Shown here: piece by piece, positions 11,609 to 23,903 of the stretch | Numbering within the stretch: the first letter of the stretch is position 1 | Layout: the number at the start of each line of letters is the position of its first letter | DNA from: Dimargaris cristalligena | Lineage: Eukaryota | DNA: 47,048 nucleotides | Direction of reading: 5' to 3' | NCBI GenBank assembly: GCA_003614675.1 | Contig: ML002289.1 | Span: 1-47,048, forward strand | Program-made: the position numbers and the translations under genes | The notes under the pieces: model-generated | The model's input: only the letters and a program-made list of their open reading frames with translations | Databases searched by the model: none | What the model was told of the DNA's origin: nothing

Positions 11609-13843
11609 TTAAAAATCTTCTCCGTCCATCAACTCCCCCTCTTCTACTTCAAGCATCTCTTCGAAATCCTCGTCATCCTCCAGTTCTCCATTACCATCGA
11701 CCACCTGGTCATCCTCGGCGGAACCCCTAGTAAAAAATCCATTGCGAATGATAAATCCCGCAAAGAACGTCAGAACCCCCACCGTGAAATACACGTTATT
11801 AAGTCGACTGAGCTCAATCTCCGAATTGGTCCGGGTTTCGTCGGCCAACTGTTCGCCCTGACGACCCATTAGAGTTTGCACAGGTCCCCATTCGACAATC
11901 GAGCATACTATGGAACGCCCGAGGCCGCCCATCAAATCAACCAGAGAGGGAGGGTCCATATCGAGTTCGATGATCGCTGGCGAACGGTCCAGTTCTGACT
12001 GGACTCTTTGCATGTAAGCCTGGAGAACGGGTGCCTGGCGACGAAGGAGAGACGATAGGTTAGTTACCACGAACTGGTCGTCGTAGCTTAATAAAGTAAG
12101 GTAGGTGTAAAGGAGAATATCGGCCCGTGAAATCCTGGGAACATGTGAAATTATATGGCAATAAATATTATATTGCTTGCAGTAAGGTTAGAGAAGATGT
12201 TAAGTTGTGTTAACGAGACTAGAAATGGAAAAGACATACCCATTGCGCTAGCTCATTTAATTTGAATAAATCTATATCAACGCTAAACTGACACTAGTTC
12301 CATGCGAATAACAACCAACGAGGTATGGTAGTGATGATTTAACTTATAAGTAACTTACGAGGAGCCGAAGAGATATTTACGGGTTCCAATTTGGGCTTCG
12401 AAGGTGGCAAATGTTTCAGCAGCCAGCGCTTGCATCTAATGGCCGGTACAGAATCAAGGTAATAGACATAATGGGTTAGGGTATTAAGTGAGCGGTAAAT
12501 GATTATGGGGGTTGCTGTCAGACGCCAAGGCATCAGTGGTCCAACCATGAGTTTGGGAGATGAAGATGTGCACAATCTAGTACCTTTTTTGAGACTAAGG
12601 GTTGTTTGGGTTGCTTGGCCAATCGTAAATGTCGTACAACCTACAATATGTCAAGGAATAAAATCGGGTAACAGGAGGGATGGATTTTCAGCCATTAATA
12701 TTAGCCTGTCGGTGCGATTACCCCATGGATACTCAAAGGGTTCGCCCAAAACAACAAACCTAATAATGCGTTACTCTGTAAGTCCGATATTTGCAATAAG
12801 ATGGCTAGTTCCGTGTTTGGTATTCGACATTAACATGCTCTTACCTCGGGAATCGGATCCGCTGGGGGCTGATTAGCCCTTCGACTGGCCGGGGCCTCGT
12901 TCGTGTCTTCCGATATATGCCACCGGCACTCCAACTGCTCGAGGGCCTGGGTTCGTTTGCGGGTGGGCGCTATCAGGGAGGTAGGGAATGGGACCAGCGA
13001 GGCCCAGCTCGGGCGAATGGCGTGGGTGAAATTTTCGCCCTCCCAGTACCAGGCGTAATGTAGCAGGTTTCGTAGTGTGTCTTCGCATAGGGCCATAAAC
13101 CCGACGGACTCGACCTTTTCCTGGGGGTTGAGGTCTCGATCTAAATCAGCGCCCTGGCCGGTTCATAAATGAGGCATACGCGAATGAAAGATAATAAAAC
13201 GGGTGAGGATACAGTCAACCAAAGGGGGTCGGTGGGCTATCCATCTAAGATATAAAAGTCCGATCCTGGACTATCTCTACCGACGCAGTCCAATCGGGGG
13301 ATAAAGGAAAGTACATGATGGGTACCAATCGACCAAACCAACGAATATTCCATTTTTACCTGTTTCTGAAGATAGCACAGAATAGATGGAATTCCGCTAA
13401 TGACTACATCACCGTCGCGAATGAAGGGTAAATGGCCCTCGGGAGAGAGTGCGGGGTTGTTGCAAAAGGCCACCGACCATTCGAGGTTGCTTAAGCGCAG
13501 GTAATTCTACGTATTTGATAATAGATATACGGGAGGGGACGCGGCATCGGTCCGGGGAAGCATGGCAAGAACATAGTGTTAGTTGATTGATCCGATAAAC
13601 CGACGAATAGATAACGTGTGGATATGCGTGTCGCCGCCAAAGTTAGATTCCGGATCGGCTCGCCAAAGGTCCGTCACATTCGGCTGGCTCGCCTTGGACT
13701 TAAGGGGGGCAAGTCCCGGAGACTCCTTTGGTCTGGTGGTGCCATTCGCTGGCTGAGATGCTTACCAGGATAGTGAGACAGTCCGGATCGAGGGATAGAA
13801 ACTTGTCGGGGTGGGGCGAACCCCAGCTGTATAGCACAAGCAT
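11609..13843 (-). CDS. MTX1/SAM37: Metaxin-1/Sam37-like mitochondrial SAM complex subunit (exons 13843-13766, 13506-13360, 13153-12845, 12435-12359, 12134-11609)
   Basis: Spliced product contains MLVLYSWG...SLDPDCLTILNYLRL...NNPALSPEGHLPFI, LLHYAWYWEGENF and KYLFGSS-ISRADILLYTYL, followed by a C-terminal transmembrane segment (YFTVGVLTFFAGFII) and an acidic tail. This is the metaxin GST-like pattern. Confidence 0.88.
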
Positions 13844-16800
13844 GGTGGCTAAAAGAGAGGAATGCGAGTTATATGGGAACTGGGTGAATTCGAAATAGAA
13901 AAGCGAACATTAACTGGCTGTAGGCATAAATAGAATAAAAGAATGGGACACATGAGTGGTGAAGTCAGACAAAGAAAGATAGATCGTCTGGGTTATGGAG
14001 GCAGCAGAGCATGTGCGGGCTCTTCACATCCAGTACCCTGAAATCAGGTGGAACCTGCCTACTATTATTCTACTGCTACTACGGCTCTATGGGCCTGCGG
14101 CGTATATGAGAGGCAACAGCTTTAGTCTGGTGTTAGGCGAGTTTGATGGTTGAGCTGGCGCGGGCAACCTCCGTTTGAGACTGCATTTATCATCCAATGG
14201 TGTGGGAGATCAGCCCAGCGGGCGGCGAATAATTCGTGATCCCAAAAATCCAGAGGAGTAGAGTCGCCGGCAGTAGAATTGCGGTACTTAAGCTTGGCTT
14301 GGTTTAGTTTAAGCATCGGCAAAACCCAAAATGGACTACCCCGCTGCTCCGTAAGAACCTCATGTTTTGACATATAAGTTAAACTGTTTGCCAACAGGGA
14401 TGTGATCCCCTTGATCGTCCAGCATGGTGCTTTCCATGCTACTATTGCGTAAAATAAGCCGCATTGCACACCCCTGCTCATTTAATGACAAATCGGGAAC
14501 CTGGTTAAAGTTTGGGATAGCTGCCTGTAGTACTTTGGAAACTAATTAAGTCTAGGCCATATAGTCAGTCCCCCTCCCTTCAACATGTCTTCCAGTCTCA
14601 TTGAAGGCCCTCGATTTACCCAACCGTCTTCAACTATGATAGTTTATAATGATTTCCTCTCACATACACCACCACCACCCCTTATTCCGTCGTTCTCCTC
14701 TACCAAAGGGTCACATGGGGTAGGACGTTGTGTAACAGAGATACGCTAAGTCTTCGGCAAATAATCCTTCATAAAGGCCTGGACCCCATTGGAAAATGCT
14801 GGTTCACTTGACTGGTACGGTCGGTGTGGATTAGGAATCCAATAGGGACTATTCCGAAAATGGCCAAACTAATAAGTTAACTCAGCCCATTAGGTTCGTT
14901 GAACAGAAATGTAACTGTCAGCTGAAACAGGGTTGTGTCACTGGGAGCTTGCAAAGCCGTCCGTTTACGCACATTAACCAACGAGTTGGGCTTGCATGGC
15001 TGTCCTACGCGAGGACTAACGGGGCAAGAGGTTGCAAATTACCATAACGGTAATAGTTTGGCTTATTGGCTGAAATAGTTCAGGGGGGCTGCTGGCTTCT
15101 CATATTAAGCCCTGCCAAATGAGAGTCACAACTATGCCTACCGCTGACTCAAGTACGTTTGATCCAAATCGGCCATTGGTTCACTGGCTTTCCGGAGACT
15201 CTTCCATATTATAATTGAACTCGTAGAATGATCGCGTTACGTTTATGTTATACAGATAGGGTTACATCATAACCAATTTATCGAAGGGTCGAGGTGGTAT
15301 CGTAGGTATTAACAACCTAATGACAGCATCATCGATTCGGTTTCGGCCGAAGTAGGAACTCTTCTTAGGCTAATACCAATTTAGCAATGGCGGTGCATAC
15401 CTTTCCGGCTGGTGAAATAACAATTGAATTAAGAACCATCCGTATGGATGGATAGCTCCAATTTTTATTGACGTCCATCTAATGGGTTGGATGCGCCCCC
15501 CCCTAAAGAAACTTCGATGCTATCACATCCTGTGGTCAATAATGGCACGTTGAACCTCATCGATACGAACTTAAGTAGATGGTTGGGTGGTGGACATGGT
15601 AGTATAATTAGAAGATTCGGTGTTCCCTCCCACCACCACCCACTCCAATTGGTCGTGGCATCACTAGAATTCCATGCAGTGTTCGATTGGAATACGTCCC
15701 CATTGTCTGAAACTTGGGGGGTTTGGTTTCCCAGCATATCCGCTCTATTCCAAAGATCACGTGCCGCTCCCGGCTCCCAGCTCTCGGTTGCGATTCAAGA
15801 CTTCCTATATGACATTATTTGTCCTTGTTATAGGATCGAATGGTTCTTGGGAAAGGATGGGGGGACAATGGTATCGGATTATTTCACGTTGGCCCTGTCG
15901 GCTAACGAGTCGTTCCACCGCTGAACCGGCGCGCATGCAACATGCCCCTTAGTCCATTATGAAACACCACGGACCTGTTCTATTTAGATGGTACAGGGCG
16001 TGTCATAAAAAGTCTCGGCGCCAAAGACTGGGCGAGGGGGATACACCCTTTTCTCCTCTTGGCGCTGTCACCTTCGTCATTGCAATTCATTTCCACCCCT
16101 GCGACTTGGCAGTGGTATAGACGATGATGACGATGAAGTTGTGTGCGGACTTTATAGCCAAGTAGAGATTGCCCATATTCGCCGGATGTTTAAAATAGGT
16201 TTCGGCCTATTGTTTCGACCAACCACGGTTAGTAGTAGTAGTGGTAGTGGTAGGGAGGGGCCAAGGGAGTGGTGGTGGTGCCTTGGTTGCATTAGTTGGG
16301 AACGGCTATACCAAAGTGTGGCTCCCCTCCATCTCTCACTGCCGTTCATCTTCTCTCACTCGATAGGTACGTCTGAGAATAGAGGTGTTTGGCCAAGACA
16401 TTGCCCCTTCTATTCAGGAGGATCCATTAGCTCCATATTATTAACCCTTACCCATTCACATTCATTTTTATACGGCCATTATTTCGCCGTTCCCCAGGGG
16501 TGCTCTATAGTATAACGCTATTTTCACAAACCACCTTGGCCACCGGTGTGCATCAAGGTTATGTGGGTGGGCGACGGTTGGCGAACCTGCACCTATGATT
16601 GGCGCGTGAAGAAACATACGAGACTGGGAGGGGGGACCATGCCAACATTCAGTGATTCATTCGAGGACTGGGATTCCTATATACTCGCTTCAGTCCTGGA
16701 ACAGTAAAATAAAATACAATAGAATTTTGCCAAAGGCACTTTAACTGGTACGCATGGCGGGTCATTATTAGGAAGTAGCTTGCTGTGTAAGGGGAGAGTT

Positions 16801-17825
16801 TAGTGTCAGAGCAGGGGAGGAGAGGAGAAGGATTCAGACCTCCACCTAACCTATACTCTCTCTACGGAAATGAGAAAGGTTTTGCGGTGGCAAGTAATAT
16901 ACTAAGGCTGAATACCCGGCATTGCCTGCCACCACTAGGTAGATTTTTTTCTTGTAATAGCTCTTCCCCTGGTCAGGTTGGACTGGCAGCTAAAGCGGTG
17001 TTCCTTCTATTCACGGTTCAGTCGACATTGAATCAAGCAAGAGGGTGTCCAGTCTCTCTCACTCCATGCTGACTCTCCCCCACCTGTTCACTGTTCTCTG
17101 TCCTTGTAGCCCCCTTGTTTGGTGATAATGGCCAGATGGTTCGAAAGAAACGGTATAGTTTGAGGCCATTGCTCCTCCCTTCAACCTATCATGGATCCTG
17201 CACAGCCGGAGCTGGCGACTGCAGCAGCAGCAATACCAACTGGTTGGAGACAGGAGGAGGAGGAGGAGGAGGAGGAGGGAAAAGGGCAGCGGGTCGTACA
17301 AGGCAGGTCAGATTGACCTCATTATCTCGCAAAGCCCCCCTAGAATAAAGCGCGATCGTCTTCGATTGGCCTGAATCTAACGGACCTGGAGATGATAATG
17401 ATGCCCTCCTTCCCCAATTAGCCACACCCCTCTCCTTCTCTTTCTCACCTATAACTTCGGCGGTCGAGGCTGCTCCAGTTGGCTCCTTGTCCAGTCCTGG
17501 TCAAGTCAAATAAATACCACCCCGACTCCCCTCGTGTTTTAGGGGCATTCATTTCTCTATTATACTACATGTCCAATTAAATATATATATATATATATAT
17601 ACGGATACGCCAGCACCTTGACCTCGCCCTTCCTTTTACTTAAATCCTACTGATCATTCTCGCTCGCCCGTCTTACCCTATATGTATATATATACCTATG
17701 TCTTTATTCCTTCAGTAGAGTTACTCCTATCGTGTGTGTGTGTGTACCCCCCGTCTAGCTTCTATACCATATTCTAAACCCCCCCCCTTTATTCCGAAAA
17801 CCCTTTACCTTCTTCTTCTCTTCTT

Positions 17826-19214
17826 ATGCCGGTTGTTCTACCCGACGCCTCCACGCTACCCTTGCGGGCCCAAACGGGCAAGACCTGGGGACGGAGCCGG
17901 GACGTATCGCGGCGGGTCGTTTTATCGACCCTCACCCTGTTACTCCTGTGCCCGTTGATGGTGATCTATTTTTGGCTGGCCTGTACCCATTATCAGTGCT
18001 CGTTGGTCGCTCCCTATACCCGTCTGTCGACCCTATTCCACGCCGCCGACCCGCTGTTCGGTCCTATTCTCCGGAGCCAACTCCCCCAACCCTCCGTTGA
18101 GGCCGCCCTGCTCTTCGCCGGCTGGCTCGTGTTCCAAGGCCTGCTGTATGCCTTCTTGCCCGGTCCCGTTGGCCAGGGCCAACAAACCCCGGCGGGCCAC
18201 ATTTTGCCCTACAAAGTCAATGGTCTCCGCGCCTGGTTGCTCACCCACGCCCTGTTCGTGGCGGGCTCGTCCTTGGGTCTGGGTTGGTTTTCGGCTAGTA
18301 TCATCTACGACCACTGGGGCGGCCTGTTGATCGCGGCCAACTTGTACGGCTACGGTCTCACCGCGTTTGCGTTCAGCAAGGCCCATCTGTTCCCGACCCA
18401 TGCTGAAGACCGTAAATTCTCCGGCTCCTACGCTTACGACTTGTTCATGGGTATCGAACTCAACCCCCGGTTCGGCCAACTCTGGGACTTCAAACTTTTC
18501 CACAACGGTCGCCCCGGTATCATCGGCTGGACCCTGATCAATCTGTCGTTTGCCGCGGCGCAGTACCAGCAGCTCGGCCGGGTGACCAATTCCATGGTCC
18601 TGCTCAACTTTTTGCACGCCGTCTACGTGGTGGACTTCTTCTACCACGAGGACTGGTACCTCCGCACCATCGACATTGCCCACGACCATTTCGGGTTTTA
18701 CCTGGCCTGGGGCGACTCCGTCTGGCTGCCCTTCATGTATACCCTCCAGTCCCACTTTTTGGTTCGTCATCCCATCGACTTGCCCTGGTTGGTCGCCACC
18801 GGTTTGTTGGCCATGGGTCTGGTCGGTTACTACATTTTCCGCCACGCTAATAATCAGAAAGACCTCACCCGTAAGGCCGACGGCAAACTGAACATCTGGG
18901 GCCGGCCCGCGCAGGTCATTCGCGCGGCTTACTCCACTAGCGACGGCAAGCAGCACACCAGTATCCTATTGACCAGTGGTTTCTGGGGCATTTCCCGCCA
19001 TTTTAATTACGTCGGGGACCTTCTCATGTGCTTCGCCTTCTGCGCCGCCTGCGGATTCGATTATCTGTTGCCCCACTTTTACTTTATTTATATGACCATC
19101 CTGCTGGTCCATCGTATTCAACGGGACGGGGCCCGTTGTACCGCCAAATACGGCCCCTACTGGGATGAATATTGCCGGCGGGTGCCTTACAAGCTGATCC
19201 CTTACATTTATTGA
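17826..19214 (+). CDS. DHCR7: 7-dehydrocholesterol (Delta7-sterol) reductase, ERG4/ERG24 family
   Basis: Intronless 462-aa multi-TM protein with GIELNPR, FDFKLFHNGRPGIIGW, DFFYHEDWYLRTIDIAHDHFGFYLAWGDSVWLPFMYTLQ, SGFWGISRHFNY and KYGPYWDEYCRRVPY. The EDWYLRTIDIAHDHFG motif is characteristic of the DHCR7/DWF5 branch. Confidence 0.92.
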   Translation: MPVVLPDASTLPLRAQTGKTWGRSRDVSRRVVLSTLTLLLLCPLMVIYFWLACTHYQCSLVAPYTRLSTLFHAADPLFGPILRSQLPQPSVEAALLFAGWLVFQGLLYAFLPGPVGQGQQTPAGHILPYKVNGLRAWLLTHALFVAGSSLGLGWFSASIIYDHWGGLLIAANLYGYGLTAFAFSKAHLFPTHAEDRKFSGSYAYDLFMGIELNPRFGQLWDFKLFHNGRPGIIGWTLINLSFAAAQYQQLGRVTNSMVLLNFLHAVYVVDFFYHEDWYLRTIDIAHDHFGFYLAWGDSVWLPFMYTLQSHFLVRHPIDLPWLVATGLLAMGLVGYYIFRHANNQKDLTRKADGKLNIWGRPAQVIRAAYSTSDGKQHTSILLTSGFWGISRHFNYVGDLLMCFAFCAACGFDYLLPHFYFIYMTILLVHRIQRDGARCTAKYGPYWDEYCRRVPYKLIPYIY

Positions 19215-19562
19215 AGTTAGGGTTTACGGAGTTTGATTTAGTACAATAGACTTGACATATATTTATAAAGATCTCCCCTTATAGTAGTAGTATTGGAACA
19301 ACCGCGTGGCCTTTAGCTAATGCCTTGGGGTAATTGATAGCTCAACGGGGGAATACTACGATCCTATTACGGAGGCCGACCATTTATTACTGGTTTACGC
19401 TTATCCAATAGGCGTGGGCTGGTAGGATAGAAAGGGTTTTAATCGAAGCTTTCCCCTTCTAAACAGACCAAATGATCCCAGCCAGAGCCTTCTGCTATCA
19501 CATTCCTTCTCTAACTATTTTACACCGTGGCGTAAAAATGGGTCGGTTTGGTTATGAATAAG

Positions 19563-19567
19563 NNNNN
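19563..19567. other. Assembly gap (5 N)
   Basis: nnnnn in the sequence. Confidence 1.
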
Positions 19568-19610
19568 CTTCCCCCCCTCACCCATTCTCCAGATACACGA
19601 TTGATTGAAT

Positions 19611-19724
19611 AGGGATTGCCGCGGTCGAAGGCGCTCACCTCCAGTGACGTTGTTGCGGATGGCAATCCCTCCGATCCTTGATTGTGCGCACATGATAGTG
19701 GTGCTCTATAAAGCCGCAAGGATC
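19611..19724 (+). ncRNA. Candidate structured RNA: two adjacent hairpins
   Basis: AGGGATTGCC/GGCAATCCCT closes 19611-19670 and GATCCTTG/CAAGGATC closes 19673-19724. The inner stems need G-U pairs on the + strand. No known ncRNA family recognised. Confidence 0.35.
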
Positions 19725-20005
19725 AAGGCATATTGATAAGGATGGGGTGGTGAGTGAGAAACGAATAGGTAAATCCAGTATTCTCTGAACCATGATCTCT
19801 CTCTACTCTTTTTTCTATAGAGCAGTTTCATGTTTCCTGAAATGGGTTTACATAAAGCTAAATCGGTAACTGCAGCCAGTTGTTATGGGCAGATGTGGCG
19901 GTTGAGAGCCGGAGAAAAAGAACGGTGAGATAATAATATATAAAAAAGGAACTGTACAGAGTCGGTCCATTCTAATTTATTTGGTCTATATAGATATATA
20001 TATTA

Positions 20006-22419
20006 CTACGATGTGGTGACGGGAAGGGGCGTGGGCTGTTCTGGAATGGGGATAGGGCTAGCTTTCGACTGGTGAATCAAGCAGACAACCGCCGAGGGAA
20101 TTGGTGATACCGGCGCGGATTCACCACCAGCCGTGACCATCCCACCTTCATTTTCACCTTCGATTACCTGGCCATTCACGGTAGGGGCAGCAGCAGCAGG
20201 AACATCCCTGATATCCTGTGGGTTATCGGGCAATAACCCCCGGGACCGACAGCAACTCTTGCAGCGTTGGTGGGGACATTTTACGGAAGTGGTATTCCGG
20301 CAATGGCGGCATTTCATCTTATTGCGGATGCCCTGCCGACCAGTGGAATCGGCTGCTGCTGCTGATTGGGAAGAAGGCACCGGGAGTGGTTTCGGTTTCT
20401 TAGAGATGGGTGACTGTTGTGGCTGCTTTTGGGCCTTGGTGGGTGACTCGGAACGGGTCCGTTTGGGCTGTTGACCTTATGATATTTTTTTTTAAAATAC
20501 AAATGTATGACGAGATTAACCCGATTGGGTGGGATATAGGAAACAGGTATTAGGTGAGGATAGTAGGGTTTAAGGTGAGTTACAGACGACAGGTTGGTAT
20601 AGGCTAAATTGGCTAAAAATGAGTCGTTGGGGGAGGTATGGTCAACGAAGCTAATCGGGACAGGGCGAAGAGAATTGGCCGCAACCCCCCCGATCAAGGT
20701 GAGAGTAAGGGTAACCGATGTGTTACTCTAACGGCTTTTGACGGGAGGGGGTGGGTGGCACACGATTCAATGTAGCACCCGTTTATTACATTCCATCAAT
20801 AATGCCAAGTTTGGGCAGTTTCTTTTAATCTCAACCCAAGTGAGAGGGGGGGGGGAAGTAGACTTAAAACACAGCTATTCATTGCCCTCTCGCTCCATTT
20901 GCGAGACATGATGGCGACGGTTCGACTTACCTTCACTGGTTTGTGCAACATCAGCGATCGGTTGGGGAGGAAGGTCGTTTTCGGTAGATTTTACCCCTTG
21001 AGTGCTATCCACGGCAAGGGGGGCAGATGCGGCAGTGGTCACCGTCGTCATGGTTGTAGGGGCAACATCTTTCTTCTTCGTGCTGGTTTTGGGATCAAAC
21101 GGGGGCCGTACGTACGGTTGGCAAATCCAATGGGGAATAATGTAAAACCCATCGGTGTCTTTTTCGGCCGTTTCAATACAGAACGGCGGGTGCTGTTCCG
21201 CCTCGGGCTGCAGCCGGGCCTGTAAGTCATGCACGACTTGGTCCATTTCCGCAAACGACTGGACCTTGGCCATCTGGGCCCGTAGGTCGGTATGCAGCGG
21301 CAGACTGGGCTTGAACAGTTTGAAGAGGTGGGCCCGGATAAACGGCATAGGGGTAGGGACTTCTTTACAAATGTCCATGTACTCGCGGGCCAGCTGGTAG
21401 GCCGGCAGGTAGCGGCCGGAGAAGACCGCGGGATTGTACAGGTTAGCTTCGGCGGACATGACGCCGTCCACGCCCGTGGCGGCCAGACAGCGTTCGACGT
21501 CTTCAAAATACAGGATATTGCCATTGGCCAGTACGGGGATTTGCACGGCTTCCTTGACGCGGCGGATTTGGTCCCAGTCCGCCAGGCCGCTTTTATGGCC
21601 CCGTTGTTCCCGGAGACGCCCGTGGACGGTCAATAACTGGCAGCCCGCGGCCTCCAGCATACGGGCATACGCGACGGTGCGTTCGGGATCGGGGAACACC
21701 CGGATTTTGCAAGTAACCGGGACGGTGATGTTTTCGTGCAGCGTGCGCACCATGCGCGCAACCAAGTCCCATTCCTCCATGAGAAACGACCCGTAGTGGC
21801 CTTTTTGGGCGATCCCCTGCGGGCAGCCCAAGTTCAGGTCGACCGCGTCGCACTGGTCCTGGATGCGCAGGGCCGAGCGGAGCAGGAATGCGGGGTCATT
21901 GGCGCAGAATTGGGCAATCAGCGGCCGGTCCGCGGGATTGGTTTGCCACTGCTCGGCGAAATAGGCCTTATGCTCGGGTTGGCAGAAGAGCCGGGCATGG
22001 AACATGGGGGTGTAGCAGAGCTCGGCGCCGTACCGCCGGGAGAGGATACGCCAGGCCAATTCGGACTGGTCTACCATTGGGGCTACGATGTACTTGGCCC
22101 CCCGAAGGGCCTGGCGGTAGAATGCATAGCCCCCGAGTTTGGTGGGTGGGGTAATTCCGGCGGTGGGGGACGATGGCGGCGGCACTGGGGCCTTGCCATC
22201 GGACTCAACCTGGGTAGGGGTGGCAGCTGCTGCCGCGGCCGACACCGAGGTTGCTCGCTGGGCCGTAGCGGAAGGGCCTTGTAGGGAGGATTCGGTAAGC
22301 CCGGACATGGTGGTTAGACTGGCAGTGTGCACTGGGAGAGGGAATCGAAGAGGGCGAGCAAGCAGGGAAAGCAGAGGCAGACGTTGATGCGGGAGATGGG
22401 CCCGAAACCAGTAAGGCAT
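20006..22419 (-). CDS. DUS1: tRNA-dihydrouridine(16/17) synthase Dus1 with C-terminal Cys-rich Zn finger (exons 22419-20931, 20475-20006)
   Basis: Motifs APMVDQSELAWRILSR, YTPM, DRPLIAQFCAND, DLNLGCPQ, LTVHGR, ANGNI and GVMSAE. A phase-1 intron joins to CRHCRN...KCPHQRCKSCC...CLIH, as in DUS1L-type proteins. A second in-frame ATG lies at 22308. Confidence 0.93.
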
Positions 22420-23158
22420 GGAAAATGACAATAAAAAAGCGGAGCCAAGCAAGGGGAAAAAACACCCGGGCTAGGGAGTACAACGCGGGGGGATCAGTGA
22501 GTAAACGGTGCACACAATACCGATGAGGGCCCAACCTAAACGGAAATGCAGCTCAACCAAAAAGTAACTTGAGACAAATAATAAATAGGCAACTAAGTAA
22601 AGTCTGTCTAGTAGTCCCTGGAGCCAGCGATAATTTAGGCTATGGAGCTTTGCATCATTGTGGGGAGGGTTTCTTCCTTTTTCTTCAGTGTGTGATAATC
22701 AGTAAAATCCCTCATCCTATAAAATGGCAGCAACCAAGGTGTGTGATATATTACTGTCTATTTTGGCCATGCGGGGAAAGCCCCAGGCATTAACCCCTAT
22801 TGGTCGGAGATGGCCCAGGACAGTATTACTATCAGATTAGAGCCACTATAAACGCCGCATTTCCTCATACATACCACGCCCACTATTTCACCCTTTCTAT
22901 CCCCCCCCACAAAACGGGCGCCTAAATAGTCTTTAAAATCCCCCAACCCGGCTCCATCTAACCCCAGAAACCACCGCATATAGAGACAGTCTACTACAAC
23001 CCAAACAGGAACATTCGTCGCATTCAATCGTATTTACGGGTATTTATTACAGGCTGACCAACATGGAATGTAGTATAGTAATAGGGTCAGTACGAGGGGA
23101 CATTGGCCAAATTCGGCGAGACACTCTCCATTTTTCAAAAATCCAACTAAATGTTCGC

Positions 23159-23458
23159 TTATTTGTTGATATTCATATTGGCGGCCCCCTTGGCGCGTTG
23201 GGCCTCGTCGGCAGCCTCGGCGGTTTGGTTGCCGGTCATGGAGTGGAAGGTGCTCTTGACGGCCCCGGAGACCTTATCGGCCAGACCTTCCATGTAGCCC
23301 TGGTTCTTGGCCTGGGTGTGTTCGGCCTGGCCCTGGGCGTTGCGAGCAGCGCCCTTGGCTTGCATGTTTTCGTTACCGAGGGTTTCGCCAACCTTCTGCT
23401 GGGCGCTGCCCATGGAGGCCTGGGTGCTGCCGTGGGTCTTGCTGGGGTCGGTCGACAT
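23159..23458 (-). CDS. CsbD-like / Hmp1-like small hydrophilic stress protein (99 aa)
   Basis: Two repeats of the CsbD-type unit (GSAQQKVGETLGNENMQAKGAARNAQGQAE; GAVKSTFHSMTGNQTAEAADEAQRAKGAA). Codon bias is strongly GC3, suggesting high expression. Confidence 0.85.
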   Translation of the reverse strand: MSTDPSKTHGSTQASMGSAQQKVGETLGNENMQAKGAARNAQGQAEHTQAKNQGYMEGLADKVSGAVKSTFHSMTGNQTAEAADEAQRAKGAANMNINK

Positions 23459-23903
23459 GGTGCGGAGAGTTAGAGTTAGAGAGGCGAAGGGTATAATAAG
23501 GGTGGAGGTAGAGGGGTTGGATGGTATCAGAAGTAGGTAGCAAATATAGGTGATGAGAGCTGTACAATCTAACCGAAGGGGTGGCGCTGCTGGGCTTTTA
23601 TGTGTTTATGGGCGCGGGCAGGAAGGTGAATCCCCCCGGGTCTAAGACCCCGTCCGCTGGTGGTGTAGATTGGGTGGTTTGACCCACCTCACTTAAACCT
23701 CATCTCTCTAAGGTCATCGTGGTTTGATTCAACTAGGTAAATGGGATCTAAACAGCAGAGCCCTCCCTCTCTCATGTTGACGGCCACCACCACTTCGGTT
23801 ATTGGTTACAAGCATACATAATAAATGCATCATCCGCCCCCTGTGACAAGCCCACATCTATCGAGTAAGCGTGCTGTCTTACTTCCCGATCGGAGGGAGT
23901 TTC

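Noticed and set aside
13650-13735. Nested stems in metaxin intron 1 (ccaaagg/cctttgg, ggactt/aagtcc)
   Set aside because: Short stems with no C/D or H/ACA boxes, compatible with chance.
14122-17425. ORFs at 14122-14481, 15487-15924, 16141-16515 and around the (GGA)n repeat at ~17253
   Set aside because: No recognisable motifs, codon bias or spliceable structure; treated as intergenic or regulatory DNA.
18033-18956. 307-aa antisense ORF, and similar ones over dynein IC, DUS1, UBX and RPN12
   Set aside because: Shadow ORFs caused by high GC3 codon bias of real genes on the opposite strand.
19690-19724. SECIS-like ATGA...AAA...GA downstream of DHCR7
   Set aside because: Stem geometry is poor, DHCR7 ends at a normal family C-terminus, and no selenoprotein-like in-frame TGA was seen.
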